DNA from: a virus | Length of the DNA stretch: 64,000 bases | IMG/VR virus record: IMGVR_UViG_3300026290_000001 | Strand: one strand, 5' to 3' | Shown: positions 10,015 through 19,530 of the stretch, piece by piece | Position numbering within the stretch: position 1 is the stretch's first letter | Layout of the letters: the number at the start of each line of letters is the position of its first letter | Notes under the pieces: model-generated | The model's database searches: none | What the model was told of the DNA's origin: nothing | The model's input: the letters and a program-made list of their open reading frames with translations, nothing else | Made by a program: the position numbers and the translations under genes

Positions 10015-10584
10015 TTGAGTAAAAAATATAACATTATATATGCTGACCCACCTTGGAAACCTACTGAGAGTGGTACAGGAGTTAGAGGTACGGCAGATTT
10101 AAAAAAACGATATCAAGGTGTAATGAGTATAGAAGAAATATGTGCTTTACCAGTAAAAGATATATGTGAAGATACATGCATACTGTTTTTATGGGTTACA
10201 TTTCCAAGATTACAAGAAGGAATGAAAACTATTGAAGCGTGGGGATTTCAATATTATGGGTTGGGATTTGATTGGATTAAAACTAATCTTAAAAGTGGAA
10301 CTCCATTTTGGGGAATGGGTTATTATACTAGACAAAATTCAGAAATATGCTTAATAGGAGTAAAAAAGGATAAAAATAAAAGAATTAAACCACAAGTTAA
10401 AAATATTTTATCTGTAGTTCATTCACCAAGAAGAGAACATAGTCAAAAACCTGATGAAATAAGAGATTACATAGTTAAAATTTGTGGTGATTTACCTAGA
10501 ATAGAATTATTTGCTAGACAAAAAGTTGAAGGTTGGGACGCATGGGGCAATGAAATTGAAAATGATATTATATTAAATACATAA
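10015..10584 (+). CDS. MT-A70 family N6-adenine DNA methyltransferase (DPPW)
   Basis: TTG start after AAAGGAGAA; IIYADPPWKP motif and family-typical downstream blocks. Confidence 0.75.
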   Translation: MSKKYNIIYADPPWKPTESGTGVRGTADLKKRYQGVMSIEEICALPVKDICEDTCILFLWVTFPRLQEGMKTIEAWGFQYYGLGFDWIKTNLKSGTPFWGMGYYTRQNSEICLIGVKKDKNKRIKPQVKNILSVVHSPRREHSQKPDEIRDYIVKICGDLPRIELFARQKVEGWDAWGNEIENDIILNT

Positions 10585-10667
10585 AATAAAAATTATCATA
10601 AAAGTCTGAATTGGTTTAGAGTTAATAAAAATGAAAAATAAAAATAGGGAGGTATCTAATACATAAA

Positions 10668-11438
10668 TTGATTGAATTGAATACTATTTATAATGAAGAT
10701 TGTATTAACTTTATGAAGAAACTACCTAATGAATCTATTGATTTAATAATTGCCGATCCACCTTATTTTGAAATATGCGGAGAGTTTGATTTTATATGGA
10801 AATCATTAGATGACTATTTAAATTGGTCTAAAGAATGGATTTTACAATGTTATAATATTTTAAAACCATCAGGCAGTATTTATATATGGGGTAAAATTGG
10901 ATTTGGTAAGGGGTATTCTTTATTTAAAATTGCAGATTGGATAGAGAATGAAAAACTGTTTATTATAAAAAATTGGATTACTCAACGTAATACAAGAGGG
11001 AGAGGAACAAAGAAAGGGTATATAGAGGCAAGAGAAGAACTTCTGTTTTGCGTAAAGTCTAATCAATGTACTTGGAATATTGCTTATACCGAAGAAAAAT
11101 CTAATAGAAAAGATTTAGGATTTGATGGCAAACCTAGAAAAAATGAGTTTAAAAGATGCTCTGATGTATGGATTGATATAGCTGAAGCAAGTCAATCAAG
11201 TAATGAAAGATTTAAAACATTTAATGGTAAAACTTTTCCAACAGTTAAAGCACAAAAATTATGTAATAGAATTATTTTGGCAAGTTCTAATGAAAATGAT
11301 TTAGTTTATATTCCCTTTGCTGGTTCTGGAAGTGAAATTGAATCTTGTATAAAAAATAAAAGAAATTGGATTGCGACAGAAATTAATAATCAATACATAA
11401 ATGAAATCATTGAACCTAGAATTAAACGTATAATATAA
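10668..11438 (+). CDS. DNA methyltransferase, beta-class (DPPY)
   Basis: TTG start after GGGAGG; LIIADPPYFE and IPFAGSGSE. Confidence 0.8.
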   Translation: MIELNTIYNEDCINFMKKLPNESIDLIIADPPYFEICGEFDFIWKSLDDYLNWSKEWILQCYNILKPSGSIYIWGKIGFGKGYSLFKIADWIENEKLFIIKNWITQRNTRGRGTKKGYIEAREELLFCVKSNQCTWNIAYTEEKSNRKDLGFDGKPRKNEFKRCSDVWIDIAEASQSSNERFKTFNGKTFPTVKAQKLCNRIILASSNENDLVYIPFAGSGSEIESCIKNKRNWIATEINNQYINEIIEPRIKRII

Positions 11439-11665
11439 AAAATAAAAATCATGATAAAATAAGTGTTTTATCATAATATTGCAGAAATCAGTATTTTGGT
11501 AGGTTATCAACAAATACACACAACAAAGCCCTAAATGGTGGGAATGAAAAGGTATTTTAAGTGGATTAACTCTACCAAAGTAAAAAATATTTGAACCAAA
11601 TGCGTCTTTTATTCAAAGTTTATTAAAAACATAAAATAAATATAAAGAAAAGAGGATTATATATA

Positions 11666-12370
11666 TTGAAACATATTTTAAGTTTTAGTGGCGGCAAAGA
11701 TTCAACCGCAATGTTACTCATAATGTTAGAGAGAGAATATCCAATAGATGAAATTATATTTTGCGATACTGGTAAAGAATTTCCTGCTTTATATAGACAT
11801 ATTGATAAAGTTGAAGAATACATAAACCAACCTATAACTAGGCTTAAAGGAGAAAAAACTTTTGATTATTGGATGTTCGAACATGAAAAAACCAAAGGTA
11901 AACATTTAGGTAAAAAGGGTTATGGTTGGGCAGACACCAGAGCAAGATGGTGTACAGCATATTTTAAGCGTGAAATTATGAATAAATACATAAAAGAAAA
12001 ATATAATAATGAATATAAAGAGTATGTAGGTATTGCTTATGATGAGTTTAAAAGATATGAGAAAACACAAAATGGTCATAAAAAATATCCTTTAATTGAA
12101 TGGAAAATAACTGAAGGTATGGCTCTAAAATATTGCTATGATAAAGGATTTGATTGGGAAGGAGTATACACACATTTTGAACGGGTATCTTGCTGGTGCT
12201 GCCCTTTAAAAAATCAGAGAGAATTATATATGCTTTATTCTTTCTATCCTGAATTATGGGCAGAACTCAAAGATATGGATAGTAGAGCATGGAACCAGTT
12301 TAAAAGAGATTACAGTGTTCAGGATTTAGAAGATAAATTTAGGGGATGGCAAGACATAATAAAAATATAA
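11666..12370 (+). CDS. PAPS reductase family protein (PP-loop, with C-terminal CC cluster)
   Basis: TTG start after AAGAGGA; PP-loop SFSGGKDS; C-terminal SCWCCP. Confidence 0.7.
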   Translation: MKHILSFSGGKDSTAMLLIMLEREYPIDEIIFCDTGKEFPALYRHIDKVEEYINQPITRLKGEKTFDYWMFEHEKTKGKHLGKKGYGWADTRARWCTAYFKREIMNKYIKEKYNNEYKEYVGIAYDEFKRYEKTQNGHKKYPLIEWKITEGMALKYCYDKGFDWEGVYTHFERVSCWCCPLKNQRELYMLYSFYPELWAELKDMDSRAWNQFKRDYSVQDLEDKFRGWQDIIKI

Positions 12371-12434
12371 ATATTTACTTTCTTTATAGTATGGTGTATA
12401 ATAAATATATCATATCTATATAGGAGGTTAAATT

Positions 12435-12644
12435 ATGAAAACATATAAAACTGAATCAGGAGAAGAATGGTTATATTTTGATGAATGGTTAGTAGAAAAC
12501 AGTTATTATAAATGGAAAAAACAATATGATATTTTAGCAAGTACGGGGACAGATGAAGAAGAAATAGATAGGATTAAAGACGATTTATTAAAACAATTCT
12601 ATGATTTTTGTGAAGAATATGGGTATGTTGGTCAGGAAGTATAA
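12435..12644 (+). CDS. hypothetical protein
   Basis: RBS TAGGAGG then ATG. Confidence 0.45.
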   Translation: MKTYKTESGEEWLYFDEWLVENSYYKWKKQYDILASTGTDEEEIDRIKDDLLKQFYDFCEEYGYVGQEV

Positions 12645-12668
12645 TTTATAATTTTTGTGTTTTACGAA

Positions 12669-12728
12669 CCCCTAAATAATGGGGTTTGTGAAACCAAAAA
12701 TCATGATAAAACTCATCTTTTGTGTTGA
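12669..12728 (+). promoter_or_regulatory. copy of the repeated intergenic module
   Basis: CCCCTAAATAATGGGG hairpin, AAAAATCATGATAAAAC, TTTTGTGTTGA. Confidence 0.35.
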
Positions 12729-12764
12729 TATTAAAATTTAAATATAAGGAGGTAATATTATTAA

Positions 12765-13517
12765 TTGTTTGAATTAAATAAAATATATTGTGTTGATTGT
12801 TTAGAAGGGATTAAAAATATAGAAAGTGGCAGTATTGATATGGTATTTTTTGATCCTCCTTTCAATTTAAACAAAGATTATGGAATTAAAATTAATGATA
12901 ATTTAATAAAAGAAAAATATTTAAACTGGCAGTATGAAATATTAAAAGAATCTATTAGAGTGCTATGTGATAATGGGGCAATAATTTATCATACTATCCC
13001 AAAATGGGCATTTAAAATAGCTAATTATCTTGATGAACAAGGAATGGTTTTTCAAAATTGGATTTGTTGGAATGAATCAGGATCAACACCTACCCCTTCA
13101 AGATTATATCCTAAACATTATCCTATTCTTTGGTTTTCTAAGAATAAACTCAAAACTTTTAATAAACAATATATTCCCATAGAAAGATGCAGAAAGTGCA
13201 ATACTACTATAAAAGATTATGGTGGCAAATTTAAAGATTTAAAAGAAATAGATGGTGAAAAAGTAACTGTTTTAAGTGATGTATGGGACGATATACATAG
13301 AATAAGACATAATAAAAATAAAAATAGAAAATCAAATGAACTTCCCGAAATTTTAATGGAAAGAATAATTAACTTATATTCTAAAGAAAATGATATAATT
13401 TTAGACCCATTTTCAGGTAGTGGGACAACATGTAAAATAGCAAAGAAACTAAATAGACAATATATTGGATTTGAAATTAATCCTGAATACATAAAAATCT
13501 CAAAAGAACGTATTTAA
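12765..13517 (+). CDS. DNA methyltransferase, beta-class (DPPF)
   Basis: TTG start after AAGGAGG; VFFDPPFNLNKDYG and DPFSGSGTT. Confidence 0.8.
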   Translation: MFELNKIYCVDCLEGIKNIESGSIDMVFFDPPFNLNKDYGIKINDNLIKEKYLNWQYEILKESIRVLCDNGAIIYHTIPKWAFKIANYLDEQGMVFQNWICWNESGSTPTPSRLYPKHYPILWFSKNKLKTFNKQYIPIERCRKCNTTIKDYGGKFKDLKEIDGEKVTVLSDVWDDIHRIRHNKNKNRKSNELPEILMERIINLYSKENDIILDPFSGSGTTCKIAKKLNRQYIGFEINPEYIKISKERI

Positions 13518-13598
13518 AACAACAAAATAATATTATTGACGTTGTTGACTTTGTTTGTGAAAATTGATATAATTAATAAAAATGTAGGAGGTATATTT

Positions 13599-13859
13599 AT
13601 GGCAGTACGCAGACAAAGGGCAACAACTAGTGCAGAAATAATGGATAAAGATATTAAAATAGTAATTAAAAAATCAAAAGTTCGCTATAGAAGTGTAGAA
13701 TCAAAATCTCATGGTTTTGTTAATGAATTTTGGATTGAAAAAATTGATGATTTATTTTTTTCAGGAGGTAAAATAAGTGAAGAAAGAATTTATCAACATT
13801 GGAAATTCAACTTTGATAAAAATAAGTGGGAGTGTATAGAAGACAAATCTAAAAATTAA
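13599..13859 (+). CDS. hypothetical protein
   Basis: Track ORF 13536..13859; ATG 13599 after TAGGAGG is the likelier start. Confidence 0.45.
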   Translation: MAVRRQRATTSAEIMDKDIKIVIKKSKVRYRSVESKSHGFVNEFWIEKIDDLFFSGGKISEERIYQHWKFNFDKNKWECIEDKSKN

Positions 13860-13878
13860 TTTAATAAGAAAAATACAA

Positions 13879-13940
13879 ATCCCATTATATCGGACTTCAT
13901 TTTTATAAAAATCATGATAAAACTTGTCTTTTGTCATGAT
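13879..13940 (+). promoter_or_regulatory. copy of the repeated intergenic module
   Basis: ATCCCATTATATCGGA, AAAAATCATGATAAAAC, TTTTGTCATGA. Confidence 0.35.
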
Positions 13941-13972
13941 ATTAAAACAAAAATAAATATGGAGGTTAAAAT

Positions 13973-15394
13973 ATAATTAAATTAAATAAGTTTGCATTAG
14001 TACAATTAACTCCAAAAGATATGCGAAGCCAAGATAGTATAAATTTAGGATTAGAAATTATATCTGAAATAGTTAAAAAACAAGGTTGGCAATTAGATAC
14101 ATATAAATTCGGAGATAAAATTCAAGATGTTAATTCATATGATATTATAGGGTTTAGTTTATTCTATTTTACACAAATGTTAAATTTAGTTCCATTCCTA
14201 AAGAGTAATAATATTAAACCATTAAGTAGTAAAAGAAACAATCAACCACTATTATTAGCTGGCGGTCAAGGTATTCAAAATCCTAAACCAATTAGTAAAT
14301 TTATTGATGTATTTTGTATGGGTGAGGGTGAGGGGGTTTTGGAATATATCTTAGAAAATTATAAAAATAAAAATATTTTATCAAACCATAAGTCTTTGTA
14401 TATACCAAATATAAATGATAATTTTATATTCAACTCAATAAAAGATGTTGATTCTAAACCTATAATTTATGGTAAAAATAGCATGATAGAATTAACGAGG
14501 GGATGTAAAAATAGATGTAAGTTTTGTCAGTATGGATGGACAAATGGTAAATATCGAGAAAAAAACATCGAACTAGTAAAACAACAAATATTAGAGGTTA
14601 AAGATAAAGGCATTAAAAATATTAACTTGTTAAGTTGTAATTTGGGTGGTTATTCTAAGATAAATGAAGTTCTTGATTTTTGTATAGAAGAAAATATTAG
14701 ATTAATGAATACCGATATGAGAATTGACGAATATAGTGAAGAAATAGCTATAAAATTAGACCTACTAAAAGTGAGAACTCTAAAAGTTGGAGTAGAAAGC
14801 TTTTCTGATCAAACACGAATTGGTATTAATAAGAATATTTCAAAAATACAATTAGATACTTTTATTGACAGAGCTTTGAAGCATAATATATCAAATTTAC
14901 ATTTTTATTTAATATACGGACTTCCAAACGAAGAAAACTATAATGAATGGTTTAATTATATGGAATACATAAAAAATAGAATAAAATCTGTTGATAGAAA
15001 TATAAGAATTGAATTTAGTATTACTAATTTTGAACCAGCAATATATACACCCTTTGAAAAAAGTCCTTTAATTAATTTCCAAGACAAGCATAAATTTATG
15101 AGAGAATATTTAATAAAACAAGAAGAATTGGGTTATATAAAACAACCCGCACAAACAAAAGATTATAAAAATAGTCATGGAAGATTAGGCAGAAAAGAAC
15201 GAAGTTATAATATTGGAATGTGGTTACTACATGGGGACGAAACTGTAGGGGATGTGTTATATGAATTAAACATTAAAGGAATAGGTAGGAGTATAAATGA
15301 AAAGATTTATAATCAAATTTATAAAATATGCCAATCAAAAACTGATGTTTATCAAATAAGAAACATTCAAGATTTAAATGAAAATATATGGTGA
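13973..15394 (+). CDS. B12-binding-domain radical SAM protein; probable ATA start
   Basis: CX3CX2C radical SAM motif (GCKNRCKFCQ); upstream GEGEG-containing B12-binding-like segment; frame opens at 13970; ATA 13973 is 7 nt after GGAGG; track ATG 14021 has no RBS. Confidence 0.7.
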   Translation: MIKLNKFALVQLTPKDMRSQDSINLGLEIISEIVKKQGWQLDTYKFGDKIQDVNSYDIIGFSLFYFTQMLNLVPFLKSNNIKPLSSKRNNQPLLLAGGQGIQNPKPISKFIDVFCMGEGEGVLEYILENYKNKNILSNHKSLYIPNINDNFIFNSIKDVDSKPIIYGKNSMIELTRGCKNRCKFCQYGWTNGKYREKNIELVKQQILEVKDKGIKNINLLSCNLGGYSKINEVLDFCIEENIRLMNTDMRIDEYSEEIAIKLDLLKVRTLKVGVESFSDQTRIGINKNISKIQLDTFIDRALKHNISNLHFYLIYGLPNEENYNEWFNYMEYIKNRIKSVDRNIRIEFSITNFEPAIYTPFEKSPLINFQDKHKFMREYLIKQEELGYIKQPAQTKDYKNSHGRLGRKERSYNIGMWLLHGDETVGDVLYELNIKGIGRSINEKIYNQIYKICQSKTDVYQIRNIQDLNENIW

Positions 15395-15402
15395 TGTCCA
15401 TG

Positions 15403-15460
15403 CCTATAAATTGGGATTCTCAACACTCAAAAACATGATAAAACTAGTTTTTGGTCATGA
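15403..15460 (+). promoter_or_regulatory. copy of the repeated intergenic module
   Basis: CCTATAAATTGGGATTC, AAAAACATGATAAAAC, TTTTGGTCATGA. Confidence 0.35.
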
Positions 15461-15470
15461 AATTAAATGC

Positions 15471-15499
15471 TTGACAAATATTAATTAAAATAGTAATAT
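15471..15499 (+). promoter_or_regulatory. sigma-70/sigmaA-type promoter upstream of the ligase gene
   Basis: TTGACA (15471-15476), 17-nt spacer, TAATAT (15494-15499); RBS GGGAGGAAGG; ATG 15526. Confidence 0.5.
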
Positions 15500-15525
15500 A
15501 AAGATACTGCGAAGGGAGGAAGGTT

Positions 15526-17397
15526 ATGAGTGAAATAGAAAATCTCAAACAACAATTAGATTACCATGATGATTTGTATTACAATCAAGACGATCCTGAA
15601 TTATCTGATGTGGAATATGATGCTTTAAAACAAGAATATCTTAATTCAGTTAATCAACAAGAATACAACTATATACCTGGGCAAGCACAATTTAAAAAAT
15701 TCACACACACATTCCCTATTAAATCATTGGGGAAAATAAATACTATTGAACAAGCAAGAAAAGAAATTGAAAGGTTATATCCAGTAGTTATTGAACCTAA
15801 ATATGATGGATTAACCTTAGTGTTATATGGTGAAGGGAAAGTAGTAACTAGAGGTAGTGGTCAAATCGGAGAAGATGTTACTGCAAATGCTTCTAGATTT
15901 ATGCGTACTTATAATCCATATGGTTTACCTATTCGTGGCGAAGCAATTATGCCTATATCAGTGTTCCATGAAATTAACAAACAAAGGGATGTAGAAGGTA
16001 AGGAATTATTTAAAAATCCAAGAAATGCAATAGCAGGTATTCTTAGAAATAAAGATAATAGTAATATCCCTAAAGGGTTAAGATTTATTGCTTATGAAAT
16101 CGTAGGATCAGCAGAATCCCATATTCAACAATTATTAGAACTTAAAAAATACTATGATATACCTGAAGCAGATACTATTTGGAATTATAGTGAAATTGAT
16201 GATGCAGTAAAATTCATAGAAAACTTTGATCGTTCTAAATTAGATTATGAAATTGATGGATTAGTTATTAAATCTAATAAGACAAATGCATTAGATATTT
16301 TTGGTGAAACTGAACATCATCCGAACCATAGTGTTGCCTACAAGTTTCCTTCTCAGGGAGAATGGACTGTATTAAAATCTATAACTTGGCAAACTGGTCG
16401 CACGGGCAGAATTACCCCTGTGGCAGAATTGGAACCAGTAGATATTATGGGAAGTACAATCGAACGTGCTACATTGCATAATATAGGGTATATTAGTGGT
16501 TTAGATTTACAGCTATATGATAAGGTGTTTTTAGTGAAAAGTAATGATATTATTCCCGCTGTGATTAAATGTGAGCATACTAAAAATAGTAAACCTATTG
16601 AAATTATAAACAAGTGTCCTTCATGTGGAAGTGAATTAAAAATTATCAATGATCAATTATTCTGTATTAATGATGATTGTTTGGCAAAATTATTATATAG
16701 AACTTCTCATATGGTTAGTCGAGATGCCCTTAATATAGATGGTCTTAGTGAGCAAACCATTTTAAAAATGATTGAAGCAGGATATATTAATAAACCTTGG
16801 GATATATTTGATGTTACTGAAACAGAAATATTAAAATTAGATGGTTTTGCAAAGAAATCTGCCAAAAAAATATATGAAAATATTCAAAATGCAAGAAATT
16901 GTGATTTTGATAGAGCAATTTACGCTTGTGGAATTGAACTGATAGGCAGAAAGGTTAGTAAAGATATTGCAAAAGAATTTGAGACTATTGATAATTTGTT
17001 ATATTGTTTAAGACGTGATGATGCTAGAAGTATATTAGGTATGATTGATGGTATTGGTAATACCACTATAGATAGTTTATTGAATAACGTTAATATTTTA
17101 GAAAATATGGTGGATTATTTAAGTATTAGTAGTGTTGAAAAGAAAGAAACAACTTTTAAATCTCTTGAAAATATTACATTTGTAGTTACCGGAAATGTAG
17201 AAACATTTAAAAACCGTAAAGAGTTAGAAGAATTGATCACTTCTCTTGGTGGTAAGTTAAGTGGATCAGTTTCAAGTAAAACTAATTATTTAATCAACAA
17301 CGATATTACCTCCAATTCTGGTAAGAATAAAAAGGCAAACGAATTAGGGGTAGAAATTATTAGTGAAATACGATTTAATGAAATGATAGGTAGGTAA
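15526..17397 (+). CDS. ligA: NAD-dependent DNA ligase (LigA type)
   Basis: Adenylation motif KYDG (EPKYDGLTL); Cys4 zinc finger (CPSCGSEL…C…C); C-terminal BRCT-like region; 623 aa. Confidence 0.85.
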   Translation: MSEIENLKQQLDYHDDLYYNQDDPELSDVEYDALKQEYLNSVNQQEYNYIPGQAQFKKFTHTFPIKSLGKINTIEQARKEIERLYPVVIEPKYDGLTLVLYGEGKVVTRGSGQIGEDVTANASRFMRTYNPYGLPIRGEAIMPISVFHEINKQRDVEGKELFKNPRNAIAGILRNKDNSNIPKGLRFIAYEIVGSAESHIQQLLELKKYYDIPEADTIWNYSEIDDAVKFIENFDRSKLDYEIDGLVIKSNKTNALDIFGETEHHPNHSVAYKFPSQGEWTVLKSITWQTGRTGRITPVAELEPVDIMGSTIERATLHNIGYISGLDLQLYDKVFLVKSNDIIPAVIKCEHTKNSKPIEIINKCPSCGSELKIINDQLFCINDDCLAKLLYRTSHMVSRDALNIDGLSEQTILKMIEAGYINKPWDIFDVTETEILKLDGFAKKSAKKIYENIQNARNCDFDRAIYACGIELIGRKVSKDIAKEFETIDNLLYCLRRDDARSILGMIDGIGNTTIDSLLNNVNILENMVDYLSISSVEKKETTFKSLENITFVVTGNVETFKNRKELEELITSLGGKLSGSVSSKTNYLINNDITSNSGKNKKANELGVEIISEIRFNEMIGR

Positions 17398-17400
17398 AAT

Positions 17401-17640
17401 ATGAACGATAAAATCTATATTATACCTAGAGAAGATAAACCAATAAAATTCATTATTGAAGAATTACCATGTCCTATCTGTTCACAAATTGGATATGATT
17501 TTAGATGTGAACATGCCAAAAGTAGTTTTAAAGATTTAATATATACAATATCTTGTACTAATTTTAATCATTGTGAAAATGCAGAGAATATATCATTGAA
17601 ATTCAATGAGTTAATACAAGATGAGTTGTTAACCACTTGA
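17401..17640 (+). CDS. hypothetical Cys-rich protein
   Basis: ATG immediately after the ligase stop; CPICSQ…CEH…C. Confidence 0.45.
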   Translation: MNDKIYIIPREDKPIKFIIEELPCPICSQIGYDFRCEHAKSSFKDLIYTISCTNFNHCENAENISLKFNELIQDELLTT

Positions 17641-17950
17641 CAGATTAGTAAAATAAATATATAATAAAATTACAACAAAATATCAAAAATATCAATTTTA
17701 CAAATCCCAATATATAGCCATTCTTGAAGGTGAAAATCAACACCAAATCTGCGTTTTGTCACAACTTTTATGAATGCTAATATACAGGGCTTGAGAATTG
17801 CTATTTTAAGCGAAAATACGGTAAAATCAATGGTTTTAAGTAATTACTAAAATTAGCTTTACATAAAGTCCAATATATAGGCGTTTATAATTCTAAAAAT
17901 CGTGACAAAAGTGTCATTTTGTTTAGAAATTATAGAAAGGGGAATTAAAT

Positions 17951-18136
17951 ATGGATAAAAATTTTTTATTGCTTTGTTCATATGAGAATATGGAAGGAAT
18001 GCTAGAAAGAGATTTTGAATGGTATCAAACAGAAGAAAACATGAGAGAAAGCATTGAAGATAAAAAAGAATTTATAAAAGATTTTACGGTCAATAAAGCA
18101 ATAGAAATATTACAAGTTAGAAATATAGAAATATAA
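17951..18136 (+). CDS. hypothetical protein
   Basis: RBS AAAGGGGAA then ATG. Confidence 0.4.
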   Translation: MDKNFLLLCSYENMEGMLERDFEWYQTEENMRESIEDKKEFIKDFTVNKAIEILQVRNIEI

Positions 18137-18192
18137 TTTAAATAATAAACCTTAGTAATAAAAACATTAAAAGGAGATGAATTATACATAAT

Positions 18193-18951
18193 TTGATTGA
18201 ATTGAATAAAATTTATAATGAAGATTGTATAGGTGGAAGGGGTATGTGTTTAATCCCAAATGAATCAATCGATATGATTTTATGTGATCTTCCGTATGGA
18301 ACTACGATGGCGAAATGGGATAAGATTATCAACCAAGAAGAATTGTGGACGCAGTATAGAAGGATAATTAAACCCAGAGGGGCAATTGTACTAACTTCTA
18401 GTCAGCCATTTTCAAGTGCTTTAATATATAAAAACCTAGACATTTATAGGCATTCATGGGTTTGGGAAAAGAACAATTCTGCAGATTATGCCAATGCAAA
18501 TTGTAGACCAATGAAAATACATGAGGAAGTATTGGTATTTTCATTCGCACATGATGTTGCTCCTGCTAAAGTAAAGATGATTTATAATCCACAGGGGCTA
18601 ATACCAGTTAATAAGCCCAATCGGAGAGGTAGACATAGTGAAACAACAGGTCATTTTAGAGAGAATGAGTACATACAAAAATACACAAACTATCCTACTA
18701 CAATATTGAGGTTTGCTTCAGATAAAGATAAAATTCACTCTACACAAAAACCTGTGGCGTTGTTTGAATATCTTATAGAAACATATAGTAATGAAGGTGA
18801 TTTGGTTTTAGATAATTGTATAGGCTCAGGCACAACAGCGATTGCGTGTATAAACATCAAACGTAAATTTATAGGGTTTGAAAATGACAATACATATTTT
18901 GAGTTAGCAAACAAAAGAATAGAAGAACATAAATGTAAAATAAATATTTGA
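18193..18951 (+). CDS. DNA methyltransferase, beta-class, motif IV variant DLPY
   Basis: TTG start after AAAGGAGA; MILCDLPYGTT; TQKP; DNCIGSGTT. Confidence 0.75.
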   Translation: MIELNKIYNEDCIGGRGMCLIPNESIDMILCDLPYGTTMAKWDKIINQEELWTQYRRIIKPRGAIVLTSSQPFSSALIYKNLDIYRHSWVWEKNNSADYANANCRPMKIHEEVLVFSFAHDVAPAKVKMIYNPQGLIPVNKPNRRGRHSETTGHFRENEYIQKYTNYPTTILRFASDKDKIHSTQKPVALFEYLIETYSNEGDLVLDNCIGSGTTAIACINIKRKFIGFENDNTYFELANKRIEEHKCKINI

Positions 18952-19212
18952 CATTTAACCACAAACAGTATATAATAAAATTACCAGCAATATGCATCAA
19001 AAATATTAAAAATTTGCTTTTTACAAATTCCATTATATAGGTATTTATCAATACCCACAAAGCCCGATATATTGGGATTTTTACAAAAACATTACCAAAA
19101 ACAAATTTGGTCATGATTTTAAATTTGTCTTATATAAATTCAATATATAAGAATTTATTTTAAAATAAATTGCTGAGTTGAAATACGAAAGAAAGGAGGA
19201 AATACATAAAGT

Positions 19213-19473
19213 ATGATTAATGTTTTAGAAACACCCTATAAGTCAATTCAAGTAGAAACTAAAGAGAATGGTATTCAGACTATTTCCGAAGGTAATAAAA
19301 TAAGTTTTACTACCGAAAATGGTGAATTAAAAGAAGGTACTATTACTGGATTTGTAGGATCAAAACCTGAAAAAGTTGAAATTGAAATAATTCCTAGTGG
19401 CGAAAATCATAAAGAAATTTGGAAAGTTATTGATATGATCGAAGGAAGTTTAAAGTTGGTCGAAGATGAATAA
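19213..19473 (+). CDS. hypothetical protein
   Basis: RBS AAAGGAGG then ATG. Confidence 0.45.
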   Translation: MINVLETPYKSIQVETKENGIQTISEGNKISFTTENGELKEGTITGFVGSKPEKVEIEIIPSGENHKEIWKVIDMIEGSLKLVEDE

Positions 19474-19530
19474 ATTTTTATTTATTAATAAGTAAAATAG
19501 AAAAATAAAAATGGAGGTATAGTTATACAT

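Noticed and set aside
17641-19212. tRNA genes in the long non-coding stretches (also 43347-43856, 47462-48035)
   Set aside because: By eye I found no T-loop-like GTTCRA(N)YC with matching acceptor/T stems. tRNAscan-SE or ARAGORN would be decisive, especially near the integrase for an attP.
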